Positions 18,876-27,823 of a stretch of DNA of 64,000 bases are shown here, piece after piece. The first letter of the stretch is position 1; every line of letters begins with the position of its first letter. This DNA is from Flavobacteriales bacterium (GTDB lineage Bacteria > Bacteroidota > Bacteroidia > Flavobacteriales_C > GCA-002722245). The notes beneath the pieces are model-generated. The model was given only the letters and a program-made list of their open reading frames with translations. It was not told the DNA's origin and searched no databases. The position numbers and the translations under genes are program-made. The stretch is from assembly GCA_002720635.1 (NCBI GenBank), contig PBJD01000014.1, forward strand, positions 2,536 to 66,535. Reading direction: 5' to 3'.

Positions 18876-20168
18876 ATGACAATAGTTATAAGTGTAGCGG
18901 TTTTCTTAATAGTAGTATTGATGCTTGTTGCTTTACTTTTATTTGCAAAAGCAAAATTATCTCCATCGGGTATGGTGAAGATTACGGTTAATGGCGAAAG
19001 GGTAATTGAAACTGATGCTGGCGGAACGTTGTTATCTACTTTAGGTAATAATAAAATTTTCTTGCCTTCTGCTTGTGGTGGAGGTGGAACTTGCGCAATG
19101 TGCGAGTGTCAGGTGCATGCCGGGGGTGGTGAAATATTGCCAACAGAAAAACCGTATTTTTCGAGAAAACATATTGCTGAAAATTATCGTCTTGGTTGCC
19201 AGGTTAAGGTTAAGCAGGATATGGAAGTTGAAATACCTGCTGAAATATTTGGGATTAAAAAATGGGATTGTGAGGTTATTTCCAACTACAATGTTGCAAC
19301 TTTTATAAAAGCATTTACAGTGAAATTACCTGAAGGTGAAAACTTGGATTTTCAAGCAGGTGGTTACATTCAGGTTGACGTCCCTGAGCTGACCGTTGAC
19401 TTTAAAAATGATATTAATATTGAACCGGATCCTTCTGATCCCTTAGGACCAGATAAGTTCAAGTCTGAATGGGATAGATTTGGATTGTGGAGTTTAAAAA
19501 TGGTCAATACAGAGCCTTGCTTTAGAGCATATTCGATGGCTAACCACCCTGCGGAGGGAAATATTGTGATGCTTACAATTCGTATTGCTACGCCTCCATG
19601 GGATAGAGAGAAAAATGACTGGATGGACGTAAACCCAGGTATATGTTCATCTTTTGTCTTTTCAAGAAAAGTAGGAGATATAGTTACTATATCAGGTCCC
19701 TATGGTGAGTTCTTTATTAAGGAAACCGAAGCTGAGATGATATACATCGGTGGAGGTGCCGGAATGGCTCCAATGCGTTCTCATCTATTTCACTTATTCC
19801 ATACATTAAAAACTGGGAGAAAGGTTACCTATTGGTATGGTGGTAGATCAAGAAAAGAATTGTTCTATGAAGAAGATTTCCGTCAGATTGAACGTGAATT
19901 CCCGAATTTCAAATTTCACATTGTTCTATCTGAACCTGAAGAGTCGGATAACTGGAAGGAAAAGAAAAGCCTGGATGATGAAGGAGATGGATTTTTAGGT
20001 TTTGTACACAATGCAGTTATTGAACATCAATTAAAAGCTCATGATGCTCCTGAAGATATTGAATTCTATTTCTGTGGTCCTCCAATGATGAATCAGGCAG
20101 TAATTAAAATGACCGATGACTGGGGAATCCCACCAGAAAATGTTGCATTTGACGATTTCGGAGGATAA
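18876..20168 (+). CDS. nqrF: Na+-NQR subunit F (2Fe-2S ferredoxin + FAD/NADH-binding reductase)
   Basis: N-terminal TM helix. Cys cluster CGGGGTCAMCEC. FAD/NAD modules (RAYSMAN, GGGAGMAPMRS). Confidence 0.92.
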   Translation: MTIVISVAVFLIVVLMLVALLLFAKAKLSPSGMVKITVNGERVIETDAGGTLLSTLGNNKIFLPSACGGGGTCAMCECQVHAGGGEILPTEKPYFSRKHIAENYRLGCQVKVKQDMEVEIPAEIFGIKKWDCEVISNYNVATFIKAFTVKLPEGENLDFQAGGYIQVDVPELTVDFKNDINIEPDPSDPLGPDKFKSEWDRFGLWSLKMVNTEPCFRAYSMANHPAEGNIVMLTIRIATPPWDREKNDWMDVNPGICSSFVFSRKVGDIVTISGPYGEFFIKETEAEMIYIGGGAGMAPMRSHLFHLFHTLKTGRKVTYWYGGRSRKELFYEEDFRQIEREFPNFKFHIVLSEPEESDNWKEKKSLDDEGDGFLGFVHNAVIEHQLKAHDAPEDIEFYFCGPPMMNQAVIKMTDDWGIPPENVAFDDFGG

Positions 20169-20185
20169 TCCATTTAAATATTAAA

Positions 20186-20217
20186 TAAAAAGCCACTCAG
20201 ATGAGTGGCTTTTTTTG
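20186..20217 (+). terminator. Rho-independent terminator after nqrF
   Basis: Stem agccactca / tgagtggct followed by a T7 run. Confidence 0.8.
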
Positions 20218-20340
20218 TATTCGCAAAATGTATAAAGTACTGTTTTTGAGTGTTTTACGGGTTGTTTGTCTGCTTTTTCTGATGTATTTTGATTAAAAAG
20301 TTCAATTTTTTTCACTCTCAATGTTCCTCATCTTTGAAAC

Positions 20341-20727
20341 ATGGAAGCAATTAAAACAATACAAGATCAAAACATAGTCTCTTCAGGTGTAACACTTTGG
20401 GAAGAGGAGGGAACGGTAAATTTTTATTTTGAAGAAAATACAATTATAGATGCTGATTTGGTATTCCAGATATTCGATGAAAACAGCTCATTTACTTGTA
20501 TGAAAAACAAATCTACTTTATTAAACCTGGAAGGTGTTGAAGGTGCTACTCTGGAAGGTTTGAGTCTTCTCAATCAAAACCTGGAAAATTTTTCCCGTCA
20601 TAAGGCAATTTTAGTTAATAACGAAAAAACTGATATTATAGGAAGAGTTTTAGCGAATTCATTTAATCATACAAAGCCAACGAAAGTTTTTAAATCTGCA
20701 CTTGAGGCTGATACCTGGATGAATTAG
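20341..20727 (+). CDS. Small STAS/SpoIIAA-like (DUF-type) protein, paralog A
   Basis: 128-aa protein about 70% identical to the ORF at 20989..21375. C-terminus ...HTKPTKVFKSALEADTWMN. I suspect the STAS-like small-protein family common in Flavobacteriia, but the family assignment is from memory. Confidence 0.7.
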   Translation: MEAIKTIQDQNIVSSGVTLWEEEGTVNFYFEENTIIDADLVFQIFDENSSFTCMKNKSTLLNLEGVEGATLEGLSLLNQNLENFSRHKAILVNNEKTDIIGRVLANSFNHTKPTKVFKSALEADTWMN

Positions 20728-20836
20728 TTGATTTAATCAAGGAGCTATTTTTAGTCGCGAATAATATGTTGACTTAAATATATTAAGTTTAAAATTTTAA
20801 AGATTGATAAAAAATTATTTTTGTGATCGAAATATT

Positions 20837-20866
20837 TAAAAGCTACTTTTTTGAGTAGCTTTTTTG
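20837..20866 (+). terminator. Rho-independent terminator after paralog A
   Basis: Stem agctact / agtagct plus a T-run. Sequence-related to the nqrF terminator. Confidence 0.7.
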
Positions 20867-20988
20867 TATTTACCACTTGTTTAACTTGTTGTTTTAGAGT
20901 GTCTAACAGGGGTTTTCCTATCTGTTTTGTAATATTTTCACAATAAAATTAAATTTTACCTGGGTTTAAAGTTTCTCATCTTTGAGGT

Positions 20989-21375
20989 ATGGAAGCAATT
21001 AAACAAATACACGAGGAAAAATCCGTTATTTCTAATGTTACATTATGGGAAGAAGACGGAATAGTAAATTTCTATTTTGAAGAGAATTCAGTTATTGATG
21101 CTGATCTGGTTATTAATATGTTCGATGAATACAGTGAGGTAAATTGTATGAAAAATAAAGTAAGCTTAGTCAATTTAGATGGTGTTTCAGGTGCTACTTT
21201 GGAAGGATTAAGTTTACTTAATCACAAACTGGATAATTTTTCTCAGAGTAAAGCTATTTTAGTGAATAATGAGAATACAGATATTATAGGAAGGGTTATG
21301 GTAAACTCATTCAACCATACCAAGCCAACGAAACTTTTCAAGTCTGCACTTGAAGCTGATATGTGGATGAACTAA
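20989..21375 (+). CDS. Small STAS/SpoIIAA-like protein, paralog B
   Basis: 128-aa tandem paralog. Shares the upstream motif tctcatctttga-N-ATGGAAGCAATTAAA with paralog A. Confidence 0.7.
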   Translation: MEAIKQIHEEKSVISNVTLWEEDGIVNFYFEENSVIDADLVINMFDEYSEVNCMKNKVSLVNLDGVSGATLEGLSLLNHKLDNFSQSKAILVNNENTDIIGRVMVNSFNHTKPTKLFKSALEADMWMN

Positions 21376-21416
21376 ACAAGCAAATTTTATATTTTAATTA
21401 AATAGTGTTTAAATTT

Positions 21417-21446
21417 TAAAAAGCCATCTGTTCAGATGGCTTTTTA
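21417..21446. terminator. Bidirectional Rho-independent terminator (paralog B and the convergent serine hydrolase gene)
   Basis: Stem agccatctg / cagatggct with flanking A-run and T-run. Sequence-related to the terminator at 20186. Confidence 0.75.
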
Positions 21447-22658
21447 ATTAAAATTTTCAGTATCTGTTGTGTTTGGTTTTGTTTTACTAGCTGTTTTTAT
21501 TTTTGGTAGCTCAAATTGTTTTAGTAGATCGTTTATGTTATAATTTGAACCACGAAGCGAATTGCTTAAGATAATTATTGTATATTCATTTTTTGGAATT
21601 TTTATATAAATACTTCTGTTTCCGTGCCACCATCCTGTATGATAGATTATTTTTCCAAGTTTTTTGTGCGCTTTAATTCTCCAGCCAAGTCCATATGATT
21701 TATTGTGTCTAATGCTACTCTGCGCTGTAAATGCCAGGTTAATAACTGAGTCGCTTATCATTCTTCCTTCAGAGAGCATTCTGTCAAATTGAAGCATATC
21801 TTTTGCGTTGGAAAAAAAACCTTTATCACCAACTACTCCATCTAAGTAGTCAAGGTTGAAAGTTTTATTGCTTTTTGTATGTCCAAGCGCCAGGTTTGAA
21901 GGTATTTTGTTTTGTTTGTAGTCAAATACAAAGCTGTTTTTCATATTACATTTTTTTACGATTCTTTTATCAACTACATCTGCGAAAGATTTTTTTTCAA
22001 TTTTTTCAATAATTGATGCCAAAAGCATATAGTTTGTATTGCAGTAATTATATCTCTGCCCGGGAGAATAATAGGGTTTCGGATTGTGAAAATCGATAAC
22101 ACAAAGTACAGTATCGTTGTAAATTAATTTTTGCTTGTTTGCAATCATATCGTGGCAATAATAAGGATAAGGAGAAAGACCTGATCTATGTGATAATAAT
22201 TGCTTAATCGTTATTTTATGATAATTTTCAGGAAGTTTGGTAAGGTATTTCGTAATGGTGTCATTTAGTGATAGCTTACTTTCTTCCAATAATTGCAGAA
22301 TGACTGTTGCCGTTATTGGTTTTGTAATGCTTGCCAGTTGTATTACTGAATTTTTTTCAAGTTTTATTTTTTTTCTAATATTTGAATAACCCGATGTTGT
22401 ATCAAAAACCACTTTTCCTTTTTTTGCAACTATGATGTGCCCGTTAAATCTTCGCTTATTGACGAATTCTGTAAAGTATTTTTGAATGTTCTGAACTTCT
22501 GATTTGGGAATTTTAATGCTTTCAAAATCCCTTGAGTCCAGGATTAAATTTTCTTTAGTGTTATTTGTTATTTTAGTACCGTGTTCAGTACATGAAAGTC
22601 CGAAAAAGGCAATGAGAAAAAATAGTAAATGTTTCATAAATTCCAAACAAAGATACAA
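21444..22658 (-). CDS. Beta-lactamase-related serine hydrolase (class C / PBP4-like family), probable lipoprotein
   Basis: S-x-x-K motif in LASITKPITATV, and a YSN-like element. The likely true start is MKHLLFF at 22637, giving a lipobox FGLSC. Confidence 0.8.
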   Translation of the reverse strand: MYLCLEFMKHLLFFLIAFFGLSCTEHGTKITNNTKENLILDSRDFESIKIPKSEVQNIQKYFTEFVNKRRFNGHIIVAKKGKVVFDTTSGYSNIRKKIKLEKNSVIQLASITKPITATVILQLLEESKLSLNDTITKYLTKLPENYHKITIKQLLSHRSGLSPYPYYCHDMIANKQKLIYNDTVLCVIDFHNPKPYYSPGQRYNYCNTNYMLLASIIEKIEKKSFADVVDKRIVKKCNMKNSFVFDYKQNKIPSNLALGHTKSNKTFNLDYLDGVVGDKGFFSNAKDMLQFDRMLSEGRMISDSVINLAFTAQSSIRHNKSYGLGWRIKAHKKLGKIIYHTGWWHGNRSIYIKIPKNEYTIIILSNSLRGSNYNINDLLKQFELPKIKTASKTKPNTTDTENFN

Positions 22659-22779
22659 GGTTATTAAGTGATAACCACATGAATTTTATTGAATAACAAA
22701 GCTTAACTTTTTATTGGGAAATAAATGAGATGTTTATCTTTAGTGTATTCATTTTATTTAAGTTTGGAACAGATATTGC

Positions 22780-24228
22780 ATGCGCGATATATATAAAGGT
22801 AAAGGGGATAAAGTTATGAGGATAAGAATTCAAAAATTGAAACCATTTTTAATTTTTTTACTGGTAATTACAATTGTTGGTTGCAATGGCTCAAAAGCTT
22901 ATACAAAAAAGGCTGCTAAACTTGCATCAGCTGGTATTCATAAAGAGGCGATTGAGTATTATATTCAAGCTCTAAATCGTGATCGCTCTAACGTAGAAGC
23001 TCAAGTAGGTTTGAGGAAAAGTGGTGAAGAGGTAATGTCTGATTATCAATCTAAATTTTTCAAAGAATATAATTCAAATAATTATAAATCTGCGGTTTAT
23101 ACGTTCATTGAAATTGAAGATTTTAAAACAAGAATATATGCATACAATGCAGAAATTAATGTTCCTACTCACTTAATAGAAGATTATCAGAATGCAAAAA
23201 AGGAGTATCTAAAGGAAGAATTTGAAATGGCTAATAAATTAATGAGTGAAGAGCAGTTTGAAGCTGCTGAAGCTGTATTTATTGAAATTCAAAAGATAGA
23301 GCCGAACTATAAAGGAGGAGATTTGAAAAAATTAAAAGAAATAGCCCAGTTAGAGCCGCCTTATCGAAAAGGAAGTAATTTTCTTGATTTAGGCAAGAAT
23401 AGATCTGCTTATTATGAATTTAAGAAGGTAACAGATAAGAATTCAGCTTACAAAGATGCTAAATTTAAAATGGAAGAAGCTTTAGATCTATCCCAGTATC
23501 CTGTCGCTATTTTAAAATTTAAAAATTATTCAGGTGATAATGGAGGTGCAGCTATAATTGAGGCAAATATTATTAATGATTTATTAGCAAATAAAGGGCC
23601 TTTTTTAAAAGTGTTGGATAGAACGCATATGGATAAGGTATTGAATGAGCAATATCTGGCTATGAATGGTTGGGTTGAAGGAAATGGAGCTGTAAAGACA
23701 GGGGAGTTGTTAGGTGCTAAAGCTATTTTAAGTGGTAAATTGTTGTCAGTAAAAAGTCAAAATCGCTCTCCTCAATTGAAAAGGGAGAAGGCGTACAAAA
23801 GGAGGGTTGAAAAATATTATAATAATGTTACTCAAAAAACGGAGACTAAATATGTTTACGATAAAATATACTACAACAATTATAAGGGTTATAGACAAGT
23901 GAGTATCTCTTTTCAATATATTTTGGTGTCCACAGAAACAGGAGAGGTTCTGGATTCTGGTATTGAAGAAAAAGTTATTAGAAATGAAGTGTCTTATAAT
24001 ACGTATTCAGGAAATTATAAAGATTTATACCCTGGGACCTGGAGTCTTAAGTTTCAAGATTCCACAAGTGATAGATTGTATACTAACCGAACGAAGGTGA
24101 ACAATTTCAGACGAGCTTTTACTGCAACTAAAACTATGAGAGAAACTTCTGAATTACGCATGGAGGCTTTAAAATATATCGGCTCTTCTGTAGCTTCAAA
24201 AGTGTACCATTTTAATCCTGAAAAATAA
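22780..24228 (+). CDS. Lipoprotein with N-terminal TPR-like helical region and C-terminal CsgG/LpoB-like domain
   Basis: Probable start MRIRIQ at 22816 with lipobox IVGC. The block VAILKFKNYSGDNGGAAIIEANIINDLL...VLDRTHMDKVLNEQ...LGAKAILSGKL...VSTETGEVL resembles the CsgG-like fold. Confidence 0.6.
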   Translation: MRDIYKGKGDKVMRIRIQKLKPFLIFLLVITIVGCNGSKAYTKKAAKLASAGIHKEAIEYYIQALNRDRSNVEAQVGLRKSGEEVMSDYQSKFFKEYNSNNYKSAVYTFIEIEDFKTRIYAYNAEINVPTHLIEDYQNAKKEYLKEEFEMANKLMSEEQFEAAEAVFIEIQKIEPNYKGGDLKKLKEIAQLEPPYRKGSNFLDLGKNRSAYYEFKKVTDKNSAYKDAKFKMEEALDLSQYPVAILKFKNYSGDNGGAAIIEANIINDLLANKGPFLKVLDRTHMDKVLNEQYLAMNGWVEGNGAVKTGELLGAKAILSGKLLSVKSQNRSPQLKREKAYKRRVEKYYNNVTQKTETKYVYDKIYYNNYKGYRQVSISFQYILVSTETGEVLDSGIEEKVIRNEVSYNTYSGNYKDLYPGTWSLKFQDSTSDRLYTNRTKVNNFRRAFTATKTMRETSELRMEALKYIGSSVASKVYHFNPEK

Positions 24229-25595
24229 TGGAAAAGTACTTTTTATATATACTTTTTTGTACACTATTTATTGGTTGTAAATCAAGCGAGGATAGTTTCT
24301 CAAAAAAAAGTATTGTACCTGATTGGGTTCAGAAAACGCCTGTTAATTCGGATTATTACATAGGTATATACAGTGTTCAGAAGGTTGGTATTGATTATAG
24401 AGAAAAAGCTAAAAGAGGGGCTTTAGAAAATATAGCAAGTGAGATTTCTGTTTATATATCCGGTGAATCTGTTTTAAAAACTTTGGAGACAGAAGGTGCT
24501 TTTAATCAAGAATACAGGCAAAAAATAAAAATTCAATCTACTGAGGATATTGAGGGTTATGAACTGATGGGGGCGTGGGAAAGTGATACTCAATATTGGG
24601 TATACTATCGTTTGTCAAAATCAAAATATGCTCAAATTAAGAAAGAAAGGATTGATAAAGCATTAACTATTGGGAAGGATTTTTTTAGAAGGTCTAAAGA
24701 AAATCATGATAAGAATAATTATCATGATGCTTTTATTCTTTGCGTCAAATCACTTGAAAGCGTAAGTAAGTATCTTGACCAGCCATTAAAAACGATTATG
24801 GATGGAAAGGAGGTTTGCTTTGCAACTGAAGTTATGAGTTATACTCAGGAAATGGTAAGTGAAATTGTGATTACACCTTCTCAACCAAAATATTCCATTG
24901 TTTTAGGTGAGCACTTAAAAGAAGACGATATCTATTTTGTTGTTAAAAATAATGAGGGAGTTCTTTTATCCCAGATTCCGCTTAGATGTCAATATAAGGC
25001 AGTATTTTTTAAAAATTATAAAATACAATCTGATGAGTTGGGAAGAGCAGGTCTTTCAATAGGAAAAATAAAACAAAGTAAACAGGAACAATTTATAATT
25101 GCGAATTTGGATTTTGAAGAGTTGACTGCTAACCAAACCAAAGATAAAATTGTACTTAAATTGTTGAATTACATCCCTGTTAAAACAGGTAAAATAAAAC
25201 TTAATGTTACTCCACCAAAGGTTTATATAGAGTCATATGAAAAACAATTTGGAATGATAAAAGACCCTATTTTAAAACCCACTGCAAAACAAGTTTTAAA
25301 TTCCAGGGGGATACAAGTAGTTTCTTCAAAAAAAGAAGCTGATTTAATTATGGTTATTCAATCAAATACAAAAATATTAGGAAGCAATAGAGGAACTTTC
25401 CAAGTGGAATTAACAGGTGCTATTGAAGTAAAAAAAGTGGCTAATGGAGAAATTGTGTTTTCCGAAATCATACAACCCGCCAAAGGGCTTCAGCTGAACC
25501 GAGTAAAAGCATCATTGGATGCGTATTCAAAAGCAGAAACTTATGTGAAAAGAAGACTTATTCCAAAACTAACGAATCAATATTTTGCGTTTTAG
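24228..25595 (+). CDS. LPP20-like lipoprotein (N-terminal LPP20 domain plus extended C-terminal region)
   Basis: Lipobox LFIGC. The block PDWVQKTPVNSDYYIGIYSVQKVGIDYREKAKRGALENIASEISVYI matches the LPP20/FlgP-type pattern. The start overlaps the upstream stop (TAATG). Confidence 0.6.
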   Translation: MEKYFLYILFCTLFIGCKSSEDSFSKKSIVPDWVQKTPVNSDYYIGIYSVQKVGIDYREKAKRGALENIASEISVYISGESVLKTLETEGAFNQEYRQKIKIQSTEDIEGYELMGAWESDTQYWVYYRLSKSKYAQIKKERIDKALTIGKDFFRRSKENHDKNNYHDAFILCVKSLESVSKYLDQPLKTIMDGKEVCFATEVMSYTQEMVSEIVITPSQPKYSIVLGEHLKEDDIYFVVKNNEGVLLSQIPLRCQYKAVFFKNYKIQSDELGRAGLSIGKIKQSKQEQFIIANLDFEELTANQTKDKIVLKLLNYIPVKTGKIKLNVTPPKVYIESYEKQFGMIKDPILKPTAKQVLNSRGIQVVSSKKEADLIMVIQSNTKILGSNRGTFQVELTGAIEVKKVANGEIVFSEIIQPAKGLQLNRVKASLDAYSKAETYVKRRLIPKLTNQYFAF

Positions 25596-25597
25596 TT

Positions 25598-26179
25598 ATG
25601 ATTAAACTTCCTGCTGGTTTCAAGGCACTTATTTTTGATTTAGATGGAACCCTTGCGGATACAATGCCAATTCATTACAAAGCATGTCAATTGGTTTGCA
25701 ATCGAAACGGTTTTGATTTTCCTGAAGATTATTTTTACCAAGAGGCAGGAAAACCTACTCTTGAGGTGTTTAGAAACTTGATACTTAAATTGGGTATAAA
25801 AAACGTTGATGGTGACCAGTTGGGCATAGAGAAAGAAAAGGTATTTATAGAGCTCATTTCTGAAGTAAAGCCATTAAAAATTGTTGCACAAATAGTGGAA
25901 ACACATCAAGGTGAAATTCCAATGGCAATAGGAAGTGGAGGCCAGAAGAATACAGTGAACCTGACACTTAAGGCAATTGGTTTTGATGGTTTCTTTGATT
26001 CAATTATTACTTGTGATGATGTTCAATATCATAAACCACATCCTGAAACTTTTCTTAAGGCTGCTTCAGAAATGGGTGTAAAACCTCATGAATGTCTTGT
26101 TTTTGAAGATGGTCATCCTGGGCTGGAGGCTGCAAAATTAGCGGGAATGATGACCATAGATGTTCGGGAATATTTATAA
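25598..26179 (+). CDS. HAD-superfamily hydrolase, subfamily IA (beta-PGM/phosphatase-like)
   Basis: Motif I LIFDLDGTLADT, plus downstream HAD motifs. Confidence 0.8.
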   Translation: MIKLPAGFKALIFDLDGTLADTMPIHYKACQLVCNRNGFDFPEDYFYQEAGKPTLEVFRNLILKLGIKNVDGDQLGIEKEKVFIELISEVKPLKIVAQIVETHQGEIPMAIGSGGQKNTVNLTLKAIGFDGFFDSIITCDDVQYHKPHPETFLKAASEMGVKPHECLVFEDGHPGLEAAKLAGMMTIDVREYL

Positions 26180-26230
26180 TAACTCAAACAAAAGGTAACA
26201 TTATGGGTAAGTCTTGCAGTATATTAAACA

Positions 26231-27262
26231 ATGGTAGTTTTAGGTTTAATGTCTGGAACAAGCTTGGATGGATTAGATCTGGCTTTAGTTCGATTTTCAG
26301 AGGGTGGAAAAAAGTATGAGCTACTTTCTGCATTAACTCTTAATTATGGTAAAGATTGGTCCTCTCGTTTGAAAAATGCGAGAAAATTATCTAAAAATGA
26401 GCTTAAAGATTTAAGTCTCGAATACGGCAACTTTATTTGTCATAAATTAGTCCTTTTTTTAAAAGGAAAGGAAAAGCCGGATTTAATTTCCTCTCATGGG
26501 CACACCGTTTTTCATCAACCTGAACAAGGTATTACCCTACAAATTGGAGATTTAAATCAAATAGCATCAGTATCCGGAATTACAACTGTTGGGGATTTTA
26601 GGAGTTTTGATGTCTCAAAAGGTGGTCAGGGTGCTCCTTTAGTTCCTATTGGAGATGAGATGTTGTTTTCAGAATACGATTATTGCGTGAATCTTGGTGG
26701 AATATCTAATTATAGTAGAGTCGTTAACGGGGAAAGAAAAGCAAAAGATATTGCGCCCTGTAATATCGTTTCTAATCTTTTGTCAATAAAACTTGGTGCC
26801 GAATTTGATGAAAATGGTGAATTTGGAAGAAATGGTAAAATCCAAAAAGATCTTCTTAATAAGTTGAGCCAGTGGCCGTATTATTTGAGCGGAAAAAGTT
26901 TAGGTATTGAAAATTTAGAGGATAGTTTTATCCCCATTTTGGATATTTATTCATGTGTTGTTGAGGACAAGCTGAGAACATATTATGAGCATATTTCTCA
27001 AGTTATTGGTTCTCATTTGGCAGGTAAAACAAATAAAGCTCTGTTTACAGGTGGAGGTGTTAAGAATTCATTTTTGATGAATTGTATTCAGAAATATTCT
27101 GATTGTAACATTATTATTCCCGCTGATGAAGTTATTGAATTTAAAGAGGCAATTATTTTTGGTTTGCTTGGTTATTTAAGAATAAACAATAAAATCAATG
27201 TGTTGAGCTCGGTAACGGGAGCATCGAGTGATTCATCTTCAGGAAGTATTGTTTATGCCTGA
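26231..27262 (+). CDS. anmK: Anhydro-N-acetylmuramic acid kinase
   Basis: N-terminal GLMSGTSLDGLDLALV and overall length are typical of AnmK. Confidence 0.85.
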   Translation: MVVLGLMSGTSLDGLDLALVRFSEGGKKYELLSALTLNYGKDWSSRLKNARKLSKNELKDLSLEYGNFICHKLVLFLKGKEKPDLISSHGHTVFHQPEQGITLQIGDLNQIASVSGITTVGDFRSFDVSKGGQGAPLVPIGDEMLFSEYDYCVNLGGISNYSRVVNGERKAKDIAPCNIVSNLLSIKLGAEFDENGEFGRNGKIQKDLLNKLSQWPYYLSGKSLGIENLEDSFIPILDIYSCVVEDKLRTYYEHISQVIGSHLAGKTNKALFTGGGVKNSFLMNCIQKYSDCNIIIPADEVIEFKEAIIFGLLGYLRINNKINVLSSVTGASSDSSSGSIVYA

Positions 27263-27294
27263 TTCAGAGCTGAAGTTATGATTGAAAGGGTAAT

Positions 27295-27324
27295 AAATAA
27301 AAAAGGCTATCATCTGATAGCCTT
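27295..27324. terminator. Hairpin terminator between convergent anmK and the cold-shock gene
   Basis: Stem ggctatca / tgatagcc with an A-run on the plus strand, which is the T-run for the minus-strand csp transcript. Confidence 0.55.
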
Positions 27325-27347
27325 AAGTAATCAAGTAAAAAAATATT

Positions 27348-27539
27348 TTATGCCAACCTAACGTCAACTGCATTTGGACCTTTACGTCCGTCAGCTACGT
27401 CGAAAGTAACTTCATCATTTTCTTTAACTTCATCAACTAATCCAGAAACGTGAACAAAAATGTCTTTTCCTGTTTCTTCGTCTACAATGAACCCAAAACC
27501 TTTGGAGTCATTGAAAAATTTTACTGTACCTTTTGCCAT
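27348..27539 (-). CDS. Cold-shock protein (CspA family)
   Basis: MAKGTVKFFNDSKGFGFI...FVHVSGL matches the RNP1/RNP2 motifs. Confidence 0.92.
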   Translation of the reverse strand: MAKGTVKFFNDSKGFGFIVDEETGKDIFVHVSGLVDEVKENDEVTFDVADGRKGPNAVDVRLA

Positions 27540-27823
27540 TATATTATAATTATGGCTGCAAGTTACTGTAATTATTTGATTAACAGATGAAAAAAATTCA
27601 TTAATTAACGATGAACAGCAATATTTAACATTAGATTAACCTGTTAACACCATCAATTTCAATACTTTATTCCACAATAATGCGTTGATAAGAAAACTTT
27701 GGCCTAAAGTCTGCTTACCTCTGACAGTAGTATTTTTAATATTGGTATAAACTGCTTTGAAGCATAATTTATTGAGTTTGTAATATTTTACTCTCATTTA
27801 GCCAGCATTTTTTTAAAGACAAA

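Noticed and set aside
20341-21375. The tandem 128-aa genes as an assembly duplication artefact.
   Set aside because: The copies differ at about 30% of residues, with many synonymous changes and diverged intergenic DNA. This is a genuine old duplication.
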